Part shown: in pieces, positions 1 through 8,621 of the stretch
Layout: each line of letters begins with the position of its first letter
Position numbering within the stretch: the first letter of the stretch is position 1
NCBI GenBank assembly: GCA_011364965.1
Contig: RDOB01000008.1
Coordinates: 1-24,000 of the forward strand
DNA from: Candidatus Heimdallarchaeota archaeon
GTDB taxonomy: Archaea; Asgardarchaeota; Heimdallarchaeia; Hodarchaeales; Hodarchaeaceae
Direction: 5' to 3'
DNA: 24,000 nt
The notes under the pieces: model-generated
Database searches by the model: none
Told to the model about the DNA's origin: nothing
Seen by the model: the letters and a program-made list of their open reading frames with translations, nothing else
Translations under genes and position numbers: made by a program

Positions 1-100
1 ATTCCTTCTCACTTCGTGGCATTGGGCGATTTTTCAAGGATGTAATGCGTTTTCGAGGAGGTGATACGAAGAACTGCATAATTTGGAGACGAAACTAAAA

Positions 101-250
101 TGCAAGTAGTAGAAAAAAAAGTAGATAGAAAGGAAGAATCGTTAAAAAAGAATCCCGCAATCGTAAAAAAGCTAGAACACCAATTGGAAGAGAATATTAA
201 TCTGCTTAAGCTTGTGAGGGAAATTATTATTGCTGAAGACAGAGCTTAGA
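101..250 (+). CDS. Small 49-aa charged, probably helical protein (MQVVEKKVDRKEESLKKNPAIVKKLEHQLEENINLLKLVREIIIAEDRA)
   Basis: ATG at 101 preceded by a GGAGA-like purine stretch; open to TAG at 248-250; overlaps the recombinase ORF by 21 nt in another frame. Absent from the supplied ORF track; translated by hand. Confidence 0.45.
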
Positions 251-1219
251 ACTCACATTGAAGCTTATCTAGCTGAAGGAGATTACTCTCAATCTTCCCA
301 ATATACACGAAGATATTTATTACTCAGATTCATAGATCATGAGTTTTCTTTGGAAAAAGACTCAGTTATTCTGAAAAATTTATTCCTGGAGAAGTTCAAC
401 TATCTCCAAGGAGCTTCCTTTAACTTTGCGAGAGCCACAATTAAGACCTTTTTTGATTATTTAATTCAAAATAGGCTTTATTTAGATGAAAATCCGATTT
501 TATTGGTTAAAGTGAAAAAACGAGCGAAAAAAACCGTAGATCCATTTACTTCTCAAGAAATTGAAGCCATTCTAAATCGATCCCCTCGGTCTGATAGATT
601 TATGTATGAGCTCTTTTTGAATACTGGAGTTAGACTTGATGAATTAACCAATCTGAAGTTTAAAGACTTTAACTCGGAAAGAAAGGTTCTTCATGTTCGA
701 GCTCGAAGCTTGGGAGGAGGAGCGAAAGGAGATAAGAGTAGAGATATTCCTCTTCCTGATCTATTATTGAAAAAATATGAGGCTTACCTAGCAGATTATC
801 GTTTAAAGAAATTTAGCGCTTTAAATTATGTATTTGTGAATCATGGAGGGAATAAACTTCCTAATTCAACGATTCAAAGCAGATTAAAAAGACTCACTAA
901 AAAATTAGGCTTTCGAATTCACGCGCATAAATTTAGAGCCACTTATGCAACTAATCTTCATAAATCGGGAGTTTCTATCTATACTATCTCCCTACTTATG
1001 GGACACGAAAAGATAGAGGCTACAATTCGCTATATCGCAGTCTCAGAGGAAGAAAAACGAATCGCTCAACGGAAAGGAACCTATCTTGGAAAGAAAACTG
1101 AAGAAACAAGAGAATTAGAACGAATAAATCGGGAAAAGGAAGACTTGGAGAATCAGATTAACGAATTACTCCGATTAAATCAAAAATTGTTAGAACGAGT
1201 GAGGAGGTTAGACCTGTGA
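230..1219 (+). CDS. Tyrosine recombinase/integrase, XerA/XerC/D-like, with C-terminal coiled-coil extension
   Basis: Catalytic signatures NTGVRLDELTNL (Arg), HAHKFRATYATNLH (HxxR), LLMGHEKIEATIRYIAVS (H...Y). N-terminal SAM-like domain with FIDHEFSLEKD. TTG start preceded by GTGAGGG. Confidence 0.9.
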   Translation: MLKTELRTHIEAYLAEGDYSQSSQYTRRYLLLRFIDHEFSLEKDSVILKNLFLEKFNYLQGASFNFARATIKTFFDYLIQNRLYLDENPILLVKVKKRAKKTVDPFTSQEIEAILNRSPRSDRFMYELFLNTGVRLDELTNLKFKDFNSERKVLHVRARSLGGGAKGDKSRDIPLPDLLLKKYEAYLADYRLKKFSALNYVFVNHGGNKLPNSTIQSRLKRLTKKLGFRIHAHKFRATYATNLHKSGVSIYTISLLMGHEKIEATIRYIAVSEEEKRIAQRKGTYLGKKTEETRELERINREKEDLENQINELLRLNQKLLERVRRLDL

Positions 1220-1342
1220 ACTCCATTTTACTATATTATTATTCTCGCTTAAAAGGAATTTTCGAATATTACTTCTATATTATTGTTCCTTAATTTTAGG
1301 TTTCTGGTATTTTATTCAACAGCTCTTAAAGGAGATTAGACT

Positions 1343-1873
1343 ATGTCTACTCACGATATAGCAACAAAACTTATTCTAATTGGTGATGGAGCAGTAGGAA
1401 AAACATCCCTGTGTGCCCATCTTCGAACTCAGAAGATTTCAGGTAAATATGATTTGACTGTTGGTTTAAATATTGAAGTCTTTGAAACCTACCTTCGAGA
1501 GTTGAGTTCTACTGTGAAGCTAGTTTTATGGGATCTAGCGGGCCAAGAACGATTTGGATGCATTCGTAGTGAATTTTATAATGGAGCAAGAGTCGCTTTA
1601 ATCGTCTTCGATCTTCAAAACCGCGGTTCATTCTTCGATGTACGACATTGGATCCGAGAATTAAAAAGTTATGCCCCTCTAACACCATTCATATTGGTAG
1701 GAAATAAAACAGATGTTAATCTACGTGAAGTATCAAAAGATGAAGCATTTGCTCTTGCAAGTGAGTATCGTGCTCCTTATATAGAAACAAGCGCCCTTCA
1801 TGGACAGAATGTTAATGAAGTTTTTCAATTAGCCACTAGAATTGCATTAAAAGGAACAGCAGTAGCTTATTAA
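1343..1873 (+). CDS. Ras/Rab-superfamily small GTPase
   Basis: G1 GDGAVGKTS, switch I region DLTVGL, G3 WDLAGQERF, G4 NKTD, G5 ETSA. Single-domain 176 aa without a C-terminal Cys motif. Confidence 0.95.
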   Translation: MSTHDIATKLILIGDGAVGKTSLCAHLRTQKISGKYDLTVGLNIEVFETYLRELSSTVKLVLWDLAGQERFGCIRSEFYNGARVALIVFDLQNRGSFFDVRHWIRELKSYAPLTPFILVGNKTDVNLREVSKDEAFALASEYRAPYIETSALHGQNVNEVFQLATRIALKGTAVAY

Positions 1874-2109
1874 CTTTCTTTAAGGAACATTATTCTCATT
1901 TACATATTTTAAGGATTAGATTGGCATTCACTATGATTCTAAGTGATAGAAGCCTTGGTGAGTATTTATTTTTACTAGTACAATGTTTCTCGAAACGTTC
2001 TAAAATCTAAGTCAGAGTGGGTTCTATCGTCATATTTTGAGCATTAAGAGAATTTTATTCCTTTCAGGCTTCGGTACACTAAAAAGTACTGCAATCAGGT
2101 GAACATTGA

Positions 2110-2730
2110 ATGAAAAAAGTAAATAGATCACAATGGAAATACTTCCTATTTTTAGCGATAGGTTTACTCCTTATTACTACACCTATTGCACAAATTAATG
2201 CTGCTCCACCAGTTCAAGCCTACCAAGTTGCATCACCTCTAACTGTATATCAAGGAGACCAGCTTAATGCAAGTTTATCCATAACACAGGTCTATTTTGA
2301 AGAAATTTATAATGTAACGATTAATACTGCAATTTTAAAAGAGGTTAAATTCTTATTTAGTAATATACCTGCATTAGATGCAGACATTACAAATGAAACA
2401 GACGAGTTTACCTACAACTTCGGAATCTTAGATGTAGATGAGAAAATCCTATTCACTGCAACTTATAATGTGACTTCCTCTGATACAAAAGAAGTTTTTC
2501 TTCCAAGCTTTAATGTTACTTTTCAATTAAGAAATGGGGAAGAACGCTTTGTTGAAACAAACCTTATTCAAATCTTTCTTAGAGGAGAACGAGAAACATC
2601 TGAAACGGAATCATTAAAACCCACTCCCTTCTTTAATATTCCTGCAGATCCATTCTTCTCTATAATTGGATTAACATTGCCTTTATTTGCTTTTGCAATT
2701 TCGCTTGCTTTCATGAGACGACTAAGGTAA
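2110..2730 (+). CDS. Secreted/membrane-anchored ectodomain protein, function unknown
   Basis: N-terminal hydrophobic signal-like segment (FLFLAIGLLLITTPIAQINA), beta-rich ectodomain, C-terminal TM helix (FFSIIGLTLPLFAFAISLAF) followed by basic RRLR. Confidence 0.7.
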   Translation: MKKVNRSQWKYFLFLAIGLLLITTPIAQINAAPPVQAYQVASPLTVYQGDQLNASLSITQVYFEEIYNVTINTAILKEVKFLFSNIPALDADITNETDEFTYNFGILDVDEKILFTATYNVTSSDTKEVFLPSFNVTFQLRNGEERFVETNLIQIFLRGERETSETESLKPTPFFNIPADPFFSIIGLTLPLFAFAISLAFMRRLR

Positions 2731-2929
2731 TTATGAAAACAGCCTAGTTTGGAAATTTTTAATAAAAAATTCTAAGAATTAGAATTACTTTTTCTAGGGG
2801 AATTTTATCCTTGAATCAACATGTTGCCACTTCTAGGTATTTTTCTTGACTCTTGCAGAATAATTTAAAATAATCCAGATAGATGCTTAATGTAGTGAAA
2901 GGATCTTATCTATTCAGGAGAATTCTTTT

Positions 2930-4348
2930 ATGACGGATTCAACGCGATTTGTACATCCATATTTACCTCAAACGGAAGATCAAATAAAAGATATGTTGGC
3001 AAAGATTGGTGTTTCATCAATAGATGAACTATTTAATAGTATTCCGAAGAAATTAAGGTTTTCTGGGGAGTTAAAATTGCCTAAACCTCACACTGAACAT
3101 CAAACGCTTTCAAGAATTAAAGACATATTGCAAAGAAATAAAACAGTTGATGATTACGATTCATTCCTTGGTGGAGGTATCTATCATCACTCCATTCCAT
3201 CTGCACTACCTGCTTTGATCAATAGGTCTGAATTCATTACCTCCTATACACCTTATGCTCCAGAAATGTCCCAAGGAATGCTTCAAGGATTATGGGAATA
3301 TCAATCCATGATCGCTGAACTTACTCAATTAGAGCTAGTCAATTCTTCTATGTATGATATGGCAACAGCCTTGGGAGAAGCTGCGCTAATGTGCACAAGA
3401 GTTACTAAAAAAGAGATTTTTCTTGTACCTTCGTATCTTCAACCAGAAAGATATCAGACTCTGTTGACTTATACAAAAGGTCCCCAGATAAAAGTAAAAT
3501 GCTATCCGTTTGACCCAATAACTGGGCGAGTTAATATCGAAGAACTGATAAAGATTTTTGATACATACAAAGATAATATTTCAGGTATATATATTGAGAA
3601 CCCCAATTTCTTCGGAGTAATCGAAGAAGAGGTTTCAGAAGTAAGCAAAATAGCTCATAATTGCAATGGGCTTTCAGTGGTAGGTATTGACCCCATCTCA
3701 TTGGGAATTCTGCAATCACCAGGATATTATGGAGCGGATATTGCGATTGGTGAAGGCCAAGGTTTAGGTTTACCAATGAACTTTGGTGGACCTTTATTAG
3801 GGCTTTTCGCTACAAAAAATGATAAACGTTTGGCAAGAGCAATTCCGGGAAGAATTATAGGATTAACTACCGAAAAAAATAGTTCCAATAGAGCTTTCAC
3901 AATGACTTTACAAACCCGAGAACAGCATATTAGGAGGGAAAAAGCTACATCGAATATATGTACTAATAATGCTCTCTGCGCCTTAGCATCGAATATTTTT
4001 CTTAGTTTAATTGGACCCAACGGATTAAAAAATATTGCAGAAAGCTCAATGGCCCGTGCAGCATATCTAGCTGAAAAACTGAACGATATTGACGGAATTA
4101 AAGCACCAGTTTTCACTAGCCAATTTTTTAAAGAATTTGTATTCCAAATAACAAAAAGACATCATTCAGATAAGTTTGATGAATATCTAATTAAAAATGG
4201 AATTTTGGGGGGGATTTCACTGACCCCGAACTTTCCATCTTTAGCCAATAGTTACCTCGTCTCTGTTACAGAATTAACAAGTTATACTGCAATAAATAAG
4301 TTTGTCAAAATTCTGAAAGACTATTTAAATGGAAAAGGAGGTAATTAA
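2930..4348 (+). CDS. gcvPA: Glycine dehydrogenase (decarboxylating) subunit 1
   Basis: FVHPYLPQTEDQIKDMLAKIGVSSIDELF start; YTPYAPEMSQGMLQGLWEYQSMIAELTQLELVNSSMYD; followed directly by gcvPB. Confidence 0.95.
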   Translation: MTDSTRFVHPYLPQTEDQIKDMLAKIGVSSIDELFNSIPKKLRFSGELKLPKPHTEHQTLSRIKDILQRNKTVDDYDSFLGGGIYHHSIPSALPALINRSEFITSYTPYAPEMSQGMLQGLWEYQSMIAELTQLELVNSSMYDMATALGEAALMCTRVTKKEIFLVPSYLQPERYQTLLTYTKGPQIKVKCYPFDPITGRVNIEELIKIFDTYKDNISGIYIENPNFFGVIEEEVSEVSKIAHNCNGLSVVGIDPISLGILQSPGYYGADIAIGEGQGLGLPMNFGGPLLGLFATKNDKRLARAIPGRIIGLTTEKNSSNRAFTMTLQTREQHIRREKATSNICTNNALCALASNIFLSLIGPNGLKNIAESSMARAAYLAEKLNDIDGIKAPVFTSQFFKEFVFQITKRHHSDKFDEYLIKNGILGGISLTPNFPSLANSYLVSVTELTSYTAINKFVKILKDYLNGKGGN

Positions 4349-4349
4349 A

Positions 4350-5870
4350 ATGTATAAACAAGCAAATTGGAATAAAGAACTTATTTTTGAGAAATCTAGA
4401 TCAAAAAGAATAGGTTATCAAATAGAAGAACTAACTTCAGAAGACAGAAAACGAGTAGAAAAAGCTCGTACAAATATTTCAAAAACCATTCTAAGAGAAT
4501 CATTACCGAAAATTCCCGAGTTAACTGAACTTGAGGTCATTCGTCACTTCACTAGATTGTCTCAAATGAACTATGGAGTTGATTCTGGTTTTTATCCTCT
4601 CGGTAGTTGCACTATGAAATATAATCCGAAAATTTGTGATGAAGTTGCTTCACTGCCGCAAATACAACACGTACATCCTTATCAACATCCTTCCACCGTT
4701 CAAGGATCACTTCAAATAATGTATGAATTAGCAGAATGGCTTGCGGAATTGTCTGGTATGAGCAAAGTAACATTACAACCCGCAGCAGGAGCTCATGGCG
4801 AATATACTGGAATCATGATTATTCGTGAGTACCATGCAACAAAAGGAAATCTAGATAAAAAAACCGAAATAATTGTCCCTGATAGTGCCCATGGAACTAA
4901 TCCCGCTACAGCCTCGATGTGCGGTTTCAAAATAGTTGTAATTCCTTCACACGAGGATGGTTGCGTAGATTTAAACGCATTACGAGCTGCAGTCTCGGAA
5001 AATACTGCAGGGGTGATGTTGACAAACCCCAGTACACTAGGTATATTTGAACAGAATATTGAAGAAATAATTAGCATTATTCATGCTGTTGATGGATTAG
5101 CCTATTATGATGGAGCAAATTTCAATGCAATCATGGGAAAAGTAAGACCTGGTGATATGGGTTTTGATATTGTGCATTATAATCTCCATAAAACCTTTGC
5201 AACACCACATGGAGGCGGAGGACCTGGTTCGGGCCCAGTAGGAGTTGTAAAGCATTTAGAATCCTATTTACCTGTTCCAACGGTTGGTTACAATCAAGAA
5301 AAAAATCATTATTACTTTGAATATAATCATCCCAATACTATTGGGAAGATAAGAAGTTATTTTGGTAATTTTTCAGTATTAGTTCGTGCTTATGCTTATA
5401 TTCTCAGATTAGGTAATCGAGGATTAGCTGCTGTCTCAGAAATGGCTGTATTAAACGCAAATTATATGAAAAAGCGAAGCCAAGATATCAAAGGATTCTC
5501 TGTTATTTATGGCAAAGATAAACCATGTATGCATGAATATGTACTTTCAGCACGTGATTTATTGAGAGATACTGGGATATCAGGACTGGATGTTTCAAAA
5601 TATCTGATCGACCAAGGATTTCATCCTCCAACAATATATTTTCCATTAATCGTACCTGAAGCATTAATGATAGAACCTACAGAAACAGAAGCAAAAGAGG
5701 TACTTGATGGATTTATCGAGATATTGGAAGAAGTATCTGATATTGCATATTCCGAGGAAAAAAGTAGAATATTGCAAGCTCCAATCAATACTTCTGTGAA
5801 GCGCATTGATGATGTTAAAGCAGCAAGAAATCCAATCTTGAGCTTTAAAATGTTGGAAGAAAAAGAATAG
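4350..5870 (+). CDS. gcvPB: Glycine dehydrogenase (decarboxylating) subunit 2
   Basis: YPLGSCTMKYNPK, LQPAAGAHGEYTG, NLHKTFATPHGGGGPGSGPVGV (PLP-lysine motif). The track starts at 4329, but ATG 4350 has a GGAGG 9 nt upstream, so 4350 is preferred. Confidence 0.95.
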   Translation: MYKQANWNKELIFEKSRSKRIGYQIEELTSEDRKRVEKARTNISKTILRESLPKIPELTELEVIRHFTRLSQMNYGVDSGFYPLGSCTMKYNPKICDEVASLPQIQHVHPYQHPSTVQGSLQIMYELAEWLAELSGMSKVTLQPAAGAHGEYTGIMIIREYHATKGNLDKKTEIIVPDSAHGTNPATASMCGFKIVVIPSHEDGCVDLNALRAAVSENTAGVMLTNPSTLGIFEQNIEEIISIIHAVDGLAYYDGANFNAIMGKVRPGDMGFDIVHYNLHKTFATPHGGGGPGSGPVGVVKHLESYLPVPTVGYNQEKNHYYFEYNHPNTIGKIRSYFGNFSVLVRAYAYILRLGNRGLAAVSEMAVLNANYMKKRSQDIKGFSVIYGKDKPCMHEYVLSARDLLRDTGISGLDVSKYLIDQGFHPPTIYFPLIVPEALMIEPTETEAKEVLDGFIEILEEVSDIAYSEEKSRILQAPINTSVKRIDDVKAARNPILSFKMLEEKE

Positions 5871-5886
5871 TACGTTTTGAGGTTTT

Positions 5887-6537
5887 CTAACTCTCTTTTT
5901 TATTTCCAGAAAGATGGTCTGAAAGGATAATATTAAGAGTTTTAATCAAATCCTTTCTATTCAAAGCTAATGTAATATCTCCACGGGTCTTTTCAGTTAG
6001 ATTTCTAACAAAATCTGTTTTTTTACGTAAATTATAAGTCAATCCATCTGGATAATCAATAGTTACCAATAGAGAATACAGTTCATCCATTAAATCGAAT
6101 GCTGCTAATGTTAACTCGATATCTTTATCCTTTCGTAAAGAATCTAAAACTACACGCCTAAGTTCTCCAGCAAAGTCAGGAATCCCGTGTAAATAAGCAA
6201 GATACGGAACATTTAGGTCTTTATATGAAGGGAATGGTTGTTTCTTTAGAAAAGAGAATAATAGGACTGCTTCGGTATATTCCTGATTCGCGGATAACAC
6301 AGTTCCAAATGGAGTGGGATCTAATTTTTTTGCTAATTGATTCACTCTTGATATTAAATTAAAATTTTCGCGAATTATTCCCTCGGCCTTTTCTAATTCA
6401 TTTCGATGTAAATGACGAATTGCCAGAGAAGAATGCTGAATTGCCTTCCTACTAATGCTTAATAATTCCTCACGCACTTCGTGATCTTTATCTAATTCCT
6501 GACGAATTTCGGTGATATAATCGTTAAAATCATTCAT
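5887..6537 (-). CDS. Translin-family (TRAX-like) protein
   Basis: All-helical protein with HSSLAIRHLHRNELEKAEGII, YLHGIPDFAGELRR and LRKKTDFVRNLTEKTRGDITLA, typical of archaeal translin-like proteins. Confidence 0.8.
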   Translation of the reverse strand: MNDFNDYITEIRQELDKDHEVREELLSISRKAIQHSSLAIRHLHRNELEKAEGIIRENFNLISRVNQLAKKLDPTPFGTVLSANQEYTEAVLLFSFLKKQPFPSYKDLNVPYLAYLHGIPDFAGELRRVVLDSLRKDKDIELTLAAFDLMDELYSLLVTIDYPDGLTYNLRKKTDFVRNLTEKTRGDITLALNRKDLIKTLNIILSDHLSGNKKES

Positions 6538-6582
6538 TTATACCACATCGGTAAATTTAATGTTATTAAATTAAAATGAAAG

Positions 6583-6667
6583 TGCGGGGGGTGAGATTTG
6601 AACTCACGAACGCCTATGCGACTGGATCCTAAGTCCAGCTCCTTTGACCTGGCTGGGAAACCCCCGC
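6583..6667 (-). tRNA. tRNA-Leu (UAG anticodon), type II with long variable arm
   Basis: Reverse complement GCGGGGGTTTCCCAGCC...CTGGACTTAGGATCCAG...GTGAGTTCAAATCTCACCCCCCGCA; 7-bp acceptor stem, anticodon loop CTTAGGA, no encoded CCA. Confidence 0.95.
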
Positions 6668-6673
6668 AACTAT

Positions 6674-6979
6674 CTACATATTTAATTTGACACCTACAGC
6701 TTGTCGAACAAGATCGGTCAAAGGATCAGTTCCTTCTTTCTTTATTGGAAGCTCGATGATAACTGGAAATAAATTTTTTGCCATAAATTCAGCTATTTGA
6801 TTATGGTAATGCTGAGCGATGTTTGGGCTTATAATAATGATACTGATATCCTCTCGTAACCAAAGGTTCGAAAGAATTTCAAAAGGATCTTGATCTCCAT
6901 CAATAGGATAAACTTCACCAATACCTGCGAGTTTAAGCCAAGTACATGTTTCCATGTCTCCGATTGCAACGATGAAAAT
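6674..6979 (-). CDS. atpF: A/V-type H+-ATPase (ATP synthase) subunit F, probable AUU start
   Basis: The track ORF 6674..6955 begins METCTWLKLAGIGEVYPI, but reading in frame upstream adds (I)FIVAIGD, matching the conserved subunit F N-terminus; GGTGA SD 6 nt upstream of ATT. Subunit identity 0.85; start is less certain. Confidence 0.8.
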   Translation of the reverse strand: MFIVAIGDMETCTWLKLAGIGEVYPIDGDQDPFEILSNLWLREDISIIIISPNIAQHYHNQIAEFMAKNLFPVIIELPIKKEGTDPLTDLVRQAVGVKLNM

Positions 6980-6991
6980 CCTTTCTCACCA

Positions 6992-7303
6992 CTATTGTAA
7001 GATTGAGTTTACTATAAAATTAATTCCCTTTTCTGTATTTGCTTCTGATTTTTCTTGCAGTTTTAGGATACTCTGCTTTAAATTTTTTTCTAGATCCTTT
7101 AGTTGTTTCTGAAAATCTTTGTCATCATCTAATTGGATTGAATCAATGGTTTCTTCTTCTATATTTTGTGATTCAGCTATTGTTTTCCTAGCAATAGAAC
7201 GCGCATCATCTATAATCCTTCTAGCTTCACTTTGGGCTTCTTCAATAATGGTTTCAGCCTTTTTTTCAGCATTCCTTATGAGATGCAATAAATTACCGGA
7301 CAT
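6992..7303 (-). CDS. ahaH: A/V-type ATPase peripheral-stalk subunit H/G-like protein
   Basis: Helical protein MSGNLLHLIRNAEKKAETIIEEAQSEARRIIDDARSIARKTIAE, typical of stalk subunit N-termini, immediately upstream of subunit F. The track ORF extends to 7312. Confidence 0.75.
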   Translation of the reverse strand: MSGNLLHLIRNAEKKAETIIEEAQSEARRIIDDARSIARKTIAESQNIEEETIDSIQLDDDKDFQKQLKDLEKNLKQSILKLQEKSEANTEKGINFIVNSILQ

Positions 7304-7371
7304 TTTCAGCACCTTTTGTGTTTATTCGGATTATGAAGCGGAAAGGGGTTATGAAAGATCAAGAAAACTAG

Positions 7372-7446
7372 TGGGCCGGGACAGATTCGAACTATCGACC
7401 TTCTGGGTGTAAGCCAGACGTCATAACCGGGCTAGACCACCGGCCC
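7372..7446 (-). tRNA. tRNA-Val (UAC anticodon)
   Basis: Reverse complement GGGCCGGTGGTCTAGCCCGGTTATGACGTCTGGCTTACACCCAGAAGGTCGATAGTTCGAATCTGTCCCGGCCCA folds as a cloverleaf; anticodon loop CTTACAC. Confidence 0.95.
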
Positions 7447-7569
7447 TTCAATAGAAAAAGTTCTACGACTGTTTTCCTTGATTTTTCCCCTGATTAACCA
7501 AAGATATAATGATAATTTATAACTTATCTTGGTAATCACCTATACATTGACTAAAACAGGTCGTCTTCC

Positions 7570-8619
7570 ATGGGAACTAAAATCGCTTCTCTAATCATTA
7601 AATCACGTCATGAGATCAGTATCACTGATTTGAGTGAAAAAATCATTGCTTTTGATGCATACAATATTATTTATGCCTTTTTATCAAGTATTAGGAATAA
7701 AGAGAGTGGAGGTGGTTATTTTACTGATGCAGACGGCAACGTTACAAGTCATCTTAATGGTTTATTCTATCGGATGAATAATCTTCTAATTCATGGAATA
7801 AAACCAGTTTTCATTTTCGATGGAGAACCACCATCCTTTAAAGCAGCGGAGATTCAAAGCAGAAGAGATAAAAAGGCAGAAGCTGCAAAAAAACGAGAAG
7901 AAGCCCTTGAAGAAGGGGATTTTGAAGCCGCGATGAAATATGCACAAGCAACTTCACGAATTACTCCCCAAATTGTTCAGGACGCAAAAATACTTCTTAA
8001 TCTATATGGAATCCCAATTATTGATGCTCCGTCAGAAGCAGAAGCTCAAGGATCACACCTCTTACAACAAGGTAAAATATACGCTCTTAATTCTCAGGAT
8101 TATGATTCATTCTTATTTGGAGGAACCCGTATTGTTCGTAATCTTGCTATCAGCCAACGAAGAAAAGTACCTGGCCAAAGTCGGTGGATTGAGGTTTCTC
8201 CTGAATTAATTATCCTAAATGAAATGCTTTGGGAACTGGGGTTAAAGAATCGAGATCAGTTGATCTTACTTGGTTTATTAATAGGCACAGATTACAATCC
8301 AGATGGAATCAAAGGAGTAGGACCTAAAACAGCTTTAAAACTAGTATTGAAATATAAAAATCCAGAAAAGCTATTTGAATATCTAGATGTCAAATTTGGA
8401 TTGGATACTATATTTCCATTCTCCCCTTTCAGTTTATTGGATTATTTTCGGAACCCAAATGTGGAATCAGAACTCTTATTTCAACATCGATCTCCTCAAT
8501 TTCAAAAAATCCAGCAATTTCTTGTAGAAGAACGGGGTTTCAATCGGGACAGAGTAGAGAAGCAATTATTACTTTTCAAAAAGAAATCTGAGCAGAAAAC
8601 CTTAGATAGATTTTTTTAA
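7570..8619 (+). CDS. fen: Flap endonuclease 1 (FEN1/XPG family)
   Basis: IIAFDAYNIIYAFLSSIR, PVFIFDGEPPSFK, PSEAEAQGSHLL, LGLLIGTDYNPDGIKGVGPKTALKL; C-terminal PIP box QKTLDRFF. Confidence 0.97.
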   Translation: MGTKIASLIIKSRHEISITDLSEKIIAFDAYNIIYAFLSSIRNKESGGGYFTDADGNVTSHLNGLFYRMNNLLIHGIKPVFIFDGEPPSFKAAEIQSRRDKKAEAAKKREEALEEGDFEAAMKYAQATSRITPQIVQDAKILLNLYGIPIIDAPSEAEAQGSHLLQQGKIYALNSQDYDSFLFGGTRIVRNLAISQRRKVPGQSRWIEVSPELIILNEMLWELGLKNRDQLILLGLLIGTDYNPDGIKGVGPKTALKLVLKYKNPEKLFEYLDVKFGLDTIFPFSPFSLLDYFRNPNVESELLFQHRSPQFQKIQQFLVEERGFNRDRVEKQLLLFKKKSEQKTLDRFF

Positions 8620-8621
8620 CC

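Noticed and set aside
1-98. Open fragment at the left edge (SFSLRGIGRFFKDVMRFRGGDTKNCIIWRRN*)
   Set aside because: It could be the C-terminal end of an upstream gene but is too short to assign.
3531-4116. Minus-strand ORFs 3531..3776 and 3727..4116
   Set aside because: They are antisense shadows of gcvPA with no protein-like features.
4793-5806. Minus-strand ORFs 4793..5077 and 5621..5806
   Set aside because: They are antisense to the strongly supported gcvPB gene.
7119-7412. Plus-strand 97-aa ORF
   Set aside because: It is antisense to ATPase subunit H and runs into tRNA-Val (ending GRDRFELSTFWV, a typical spurious tRNA translation).
7940-8209. 89-aa plus-strand ORF inside FEN1
   Set aside because: It is an alternate frame of a strongly conserved gene with no own signals.
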